Origin: Syncephalis fuscata S228
Taxonomy: Eukaryota > Fungi > Zoopagomycota
Assembly: GCA_025786725.1 (NCBI GenBank)
Contig: JAHLTZ010000045.1
Span: 62,001-126,000 of the forward strand
DNA: 64,000 nucleotides
Direction: 5' to 3'
The notes beneath the pieces were generated by a model. The model saw only the letters and a list, made by a program, of their open reading frames with translations. It ran no database searches and was not told where the DNA came from. The position numbers and the translations under genes are program-made. Below are positions 61,007 through 64,000 of the stretch, piece by piece (positions within the stretch are counted from its first letter, which is position 1; every line of letters begins with the position of its first letter).

Positions 61007-63198
61007 ATGTTCAGGAGCGTTGCCCGCCTTTCCTCCCGGCAGTTGGCCCGTCCTTCGCGGTCGGTCATTGCTCAACTTGTACGTAGCCATGATCCAAACA
61101 ATAGTTGCACTTTTGAATAAACGTGTTGTGTCGGGATGTTGATGAGGATGGCGTCATAGCATTGCTGACTTTGATCTATGGCATATGCCGTTGAATCAAA
61201 GTCAACGACCCTATAATGGCATCGTCATCAGTGTTGTAGACCGCACGGATATGTTAAAAGGCGCATATACGGTGTTTGGATCATATTAATCCAGCGTTTT
61301 CAAATCCAGATGCTAATATAAAAATGCTTTATATATGCTGTATTTAATGGTGTATTTAGGCCTCGCGCAATGTTGCTGCTGCTTCTCAAATGGGTCGCGC
61401 TTTGTCCACAAGCGCTATGAGCCAGGCTGCTGCTAAGCCAGGTAAGCGATCGGCTGAAATGCGCTAGAATAAATAGCGCTATGGCCATGTAGTCTATACA
61501 TAAATAAATAAATAGCATTGACTGACTTTTAATACTGCTAGGTACCTCTGAGGTCAGCTCCATCATCGAGGAGCGCATTCTTGGCGTCAAGAGCGACGTC
61601 GATATCCAGGAAACTGGTCGTGTCTTGTCTGTTGGTGACGGTATTGCCCGTGTCTACGGTTTGAAGAACTGCCAGGCCGAAGAAATGGTGGAATTCTCCA
61701 GCGGTGTTCAGGTAGGCTAACTAGCATTTAGGCAGCCATTCATACCATATGTGCATCAAAAATGATGGATAATGTTATAGATTGGGTCTAATTGCATTGT
61801 TGTTGTATAATGTGTAATTAATCAATATAATAATTTAATATTATACAGGGTATGGCTCTTAACTTGGAACCAGACAATGTCGGTATTGTCGTGTTCGGTA
61901 ACGATCGTTTGATCAAGGAAGGTGACACTGTTCGTCGTACCGGTAACATTGTCGATGTACCAACTGGCGATGCTTTGCTCGGCCGTGTCGTCGATGCTCT
62001 TGGTAACCCAATTGACGGTAAAGGTCCAATTAAGGCCAGCTCCCGTCAACGTGTCCAAGTCAAGGCTCCAGGTATTATCCCACGTCAATCTGTACACGAG
62101 CCTATGCAGACCGGTCTCAAGTCTGTCGACTCTATGTTGCCAATTGGTCGTGGCCAACGTGAGTTGATTATTGGCGATCGTCAAACTGGTAAGACTGCCG
62201 TCGCTCTTGATACTATTATCAACCAGAAGAAATGGAACGATGGTGCTGACGAGTCCAAGAAGCTCTACTGTGTCTACGTTGCCATTGGTCAAAAGCGATC
62301 CACTGTCGCCCAGTTCGTAAAGACCCTAGAGGAATACGATGCGCTTAAATACACCATCATTGTAGCTGCTACCGCCTCCGATGCTGCTCCATTGCAGTTC
62401 TTGTCGCCATACTCTGGCTGTGCTATGGGTGAACACTTCCGTGACAACGGCAAACACGCCCTTATCATCTACGACGATTTGTCCAAGCAGGCCGTCGCCT
62501 ACCGTCAAATGTCGTTGTTGCTTCGTCGTCCACCTGGTCGTGAAGCCTATCCTGGTGATGTGTTCTACCTTCACTCGCGTCTTTTAGAACGTGCTGCCAA
62601 GATGAACAAGGACTTTGGTAGCGGTTCATTGACTGCCTTGCCAGTTATTGAGACTCAAGGTGGAGATGTGTCTGCATACATTCCTACCAATGTCATTTCC
62701 ATTACTGATGGCCAGATTTTCTTGGAAGCCGAGTTGTTCTTCAAGGGTATTCGTCCAGCCATTAACGTCGGTATTTCCGTATCTCGTGTCGGTTCTGCTG
62801 CCCAGACCAAGGCTATGAAGCAAGTTGCCGGTTCGCTTAAGCTTTTCCTTGCCCAGTATCGTGAAGTGGCCGCCTTTGCCCAGTTCGGTTCCGATCTTGA
62901 TGCATCCACCCAGTTCTTGCTTAACCGTGGTGCCCGTCTTACCGAGTTGTTGAAGCAGCCTCAGTACAGCCCATTGCCAGTCGAACTCCAAGTTGCCATC
63001 ATCTACGCCGGTGTCAACGGTTTCCTCGACAAGATTGAGGTCAAACGCGTTGTTGACTTCGAAGGCGCTTTCTTGCCATTCATGACCTCCCAGCACGCCG
63101 ATATTCTTTCGTCTATTCGCACGGAAGGCAAGCTTACCGAGGCCACTGAACAGAAGTTGCGTTCGGTTATTACCGAATTCAGCAAGACGTTTGTCTAA
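61007..63198 (+). CDS. ATP1: Mitochondrial F1 ATP synthase alpha subunit (nuclear-encoded), 4 exons
   Basis: Exon 1 (61007-61078) encodes the presequence [24 protein letters not shown]. Introns 61079-61359, 61442-61541, 61712-61848. Motifs [44 protein letters not shown]. Confidence 0.97.
61139..61231 (+). ncRNA. Long intronic hairpin (pre-miRNA/milRNA-like) in ATP1 intron 1
   Basis: In-register pairing of 61139-61175 with 61195-61231, including the perfect TGACTTTGAT/ATCAAAGTCA and only symmetric mismatches, capped by GGCATATGCC. Function is not shown by the sequence. Confidence 0.45.
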
Positions 63199-63514
63199 AG
63201 ACATACACTGGCTGCTATATAGCAATCACTACGCGCCCTTCTTATTAGCGTAAGGAATCTTTTTCTTTGTTTCCTACAACGCCATTCGATTATCCCCCTT
63301 GCCCCTACCTACTACTACTACTTCTTCTTCTTCTATTCGACAATCATTGGATATAATTGTCGTTTTTTTGTTGGTTGTAACCAATGGTTGTATGATTGCA
63401 ATCAGCTTTTGTCTACTTGAGCCGTTGCATATTGTCACCTTTGGCGCGATTGTGATGATAGGAAGAAAAAATTCAACATTATTCAATAGTTAGCTATAGA
63501 TGTGTATATGTAAT

Positions 63515-63538
63515 GTGTGTGTGTGTGTGTGTATGTAT
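63515..63538. repeat. (TG)n microsatellite
   Basis: Seen directly. Confidence 0.9.
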
Positions 63539-64000
63539 AGAGAAACAGTACAGAGCGATAGGTTAAATGTTTTACTAGCTATATAAGCGAATTAATGATA
63601 CAAATGCAAGTGGCACAGAACAATACTAAGTTAAAATGCATATTCACTGATGATTGGCGTTATTTAGCGATGCCATTCGTTGATGCTGATTCATAATAGA
63701 ACGTAAAAGACCCTATTAAATAACAATAGGTTAATATTAAGTAATGGAAATAATAAAGGTGACTAAATAGTATATAATTTATACTCTAGATCACTTTTAA
63801 TAACTTGCCTGTGACAATTCATCAATGCCCTGAGGTGAATCAAATCGCTTTGGATGTCTTTTATGATAATCAATGACAGTTTTTACAATTGTATTCATTA
63901 AATCAGGAGTAAGTGTTGGATAGATAGATTTGGAGACTATAATAACAATAATGTTAATAATAATAGTAACAATGTTAATTAATAGTTAATTAATAACTAA

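Noticed and set aside
60908-61090. 60-aa basic ORF on the minus strand
   Set aside because: It is the antisense of the pyrimidine-rich 5' UTR and presequence exon of ATP1.
61822-63225. Minus-strand ORFs of 156 and 199 aa
   Set aside because: Antisense shadows of the strongly codon-biased ATP1.

Overview
Eukaryotic nuclear DNA from an AT-rich fungus with short spliceosomal introns (mostly 40-90 nt). Gene content suggests an early-diverging lineage, Zoopagomycota or Mucoromycota-like (inference). From left to right the window holds: (1) the 5' part of a DIRS-type retrotransposon (gag plus an overlapping RT/RNase H frame, minus strand, running off the left edge); (2) one giant minus-strand gene, 32932 to 3698, which encodes about 9,700 aa once a 58-nt intron is spliced and 11 small indels (probably assembly errors) are repaired. 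It has an N-terminal 7-TM GPCR-like domain, about 128 copies of a ~50-aa motif (94 of them in a 1,773-bp super-repeat array), an acidic/basic low-complexity block, and 13 copies of a second motif; (3) a family of short TA-flanked elements, three of which carry decayed C-terminal Fanzor (eukaryotic TnpB) coding sequence that the ORF track misses. A conserved ~180-bp right end follows two of these remnants and is a candidate omegaRNA region; (4) a compact housekeeping block: ADI1, FKBP3-like, ETT1, ARP2, ERV2, MOG1, REG1-like, BCS1, TRS65-like, bL21m, RRF1, ATP1, with a long pre-miRNA-like hairpin inside ATP1 intron 1. Single-base deletions also interrupt ordinary genes, which points to an imperfectly polished long-read assembly. 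All homology calls come from motif recognition; no searches were run.
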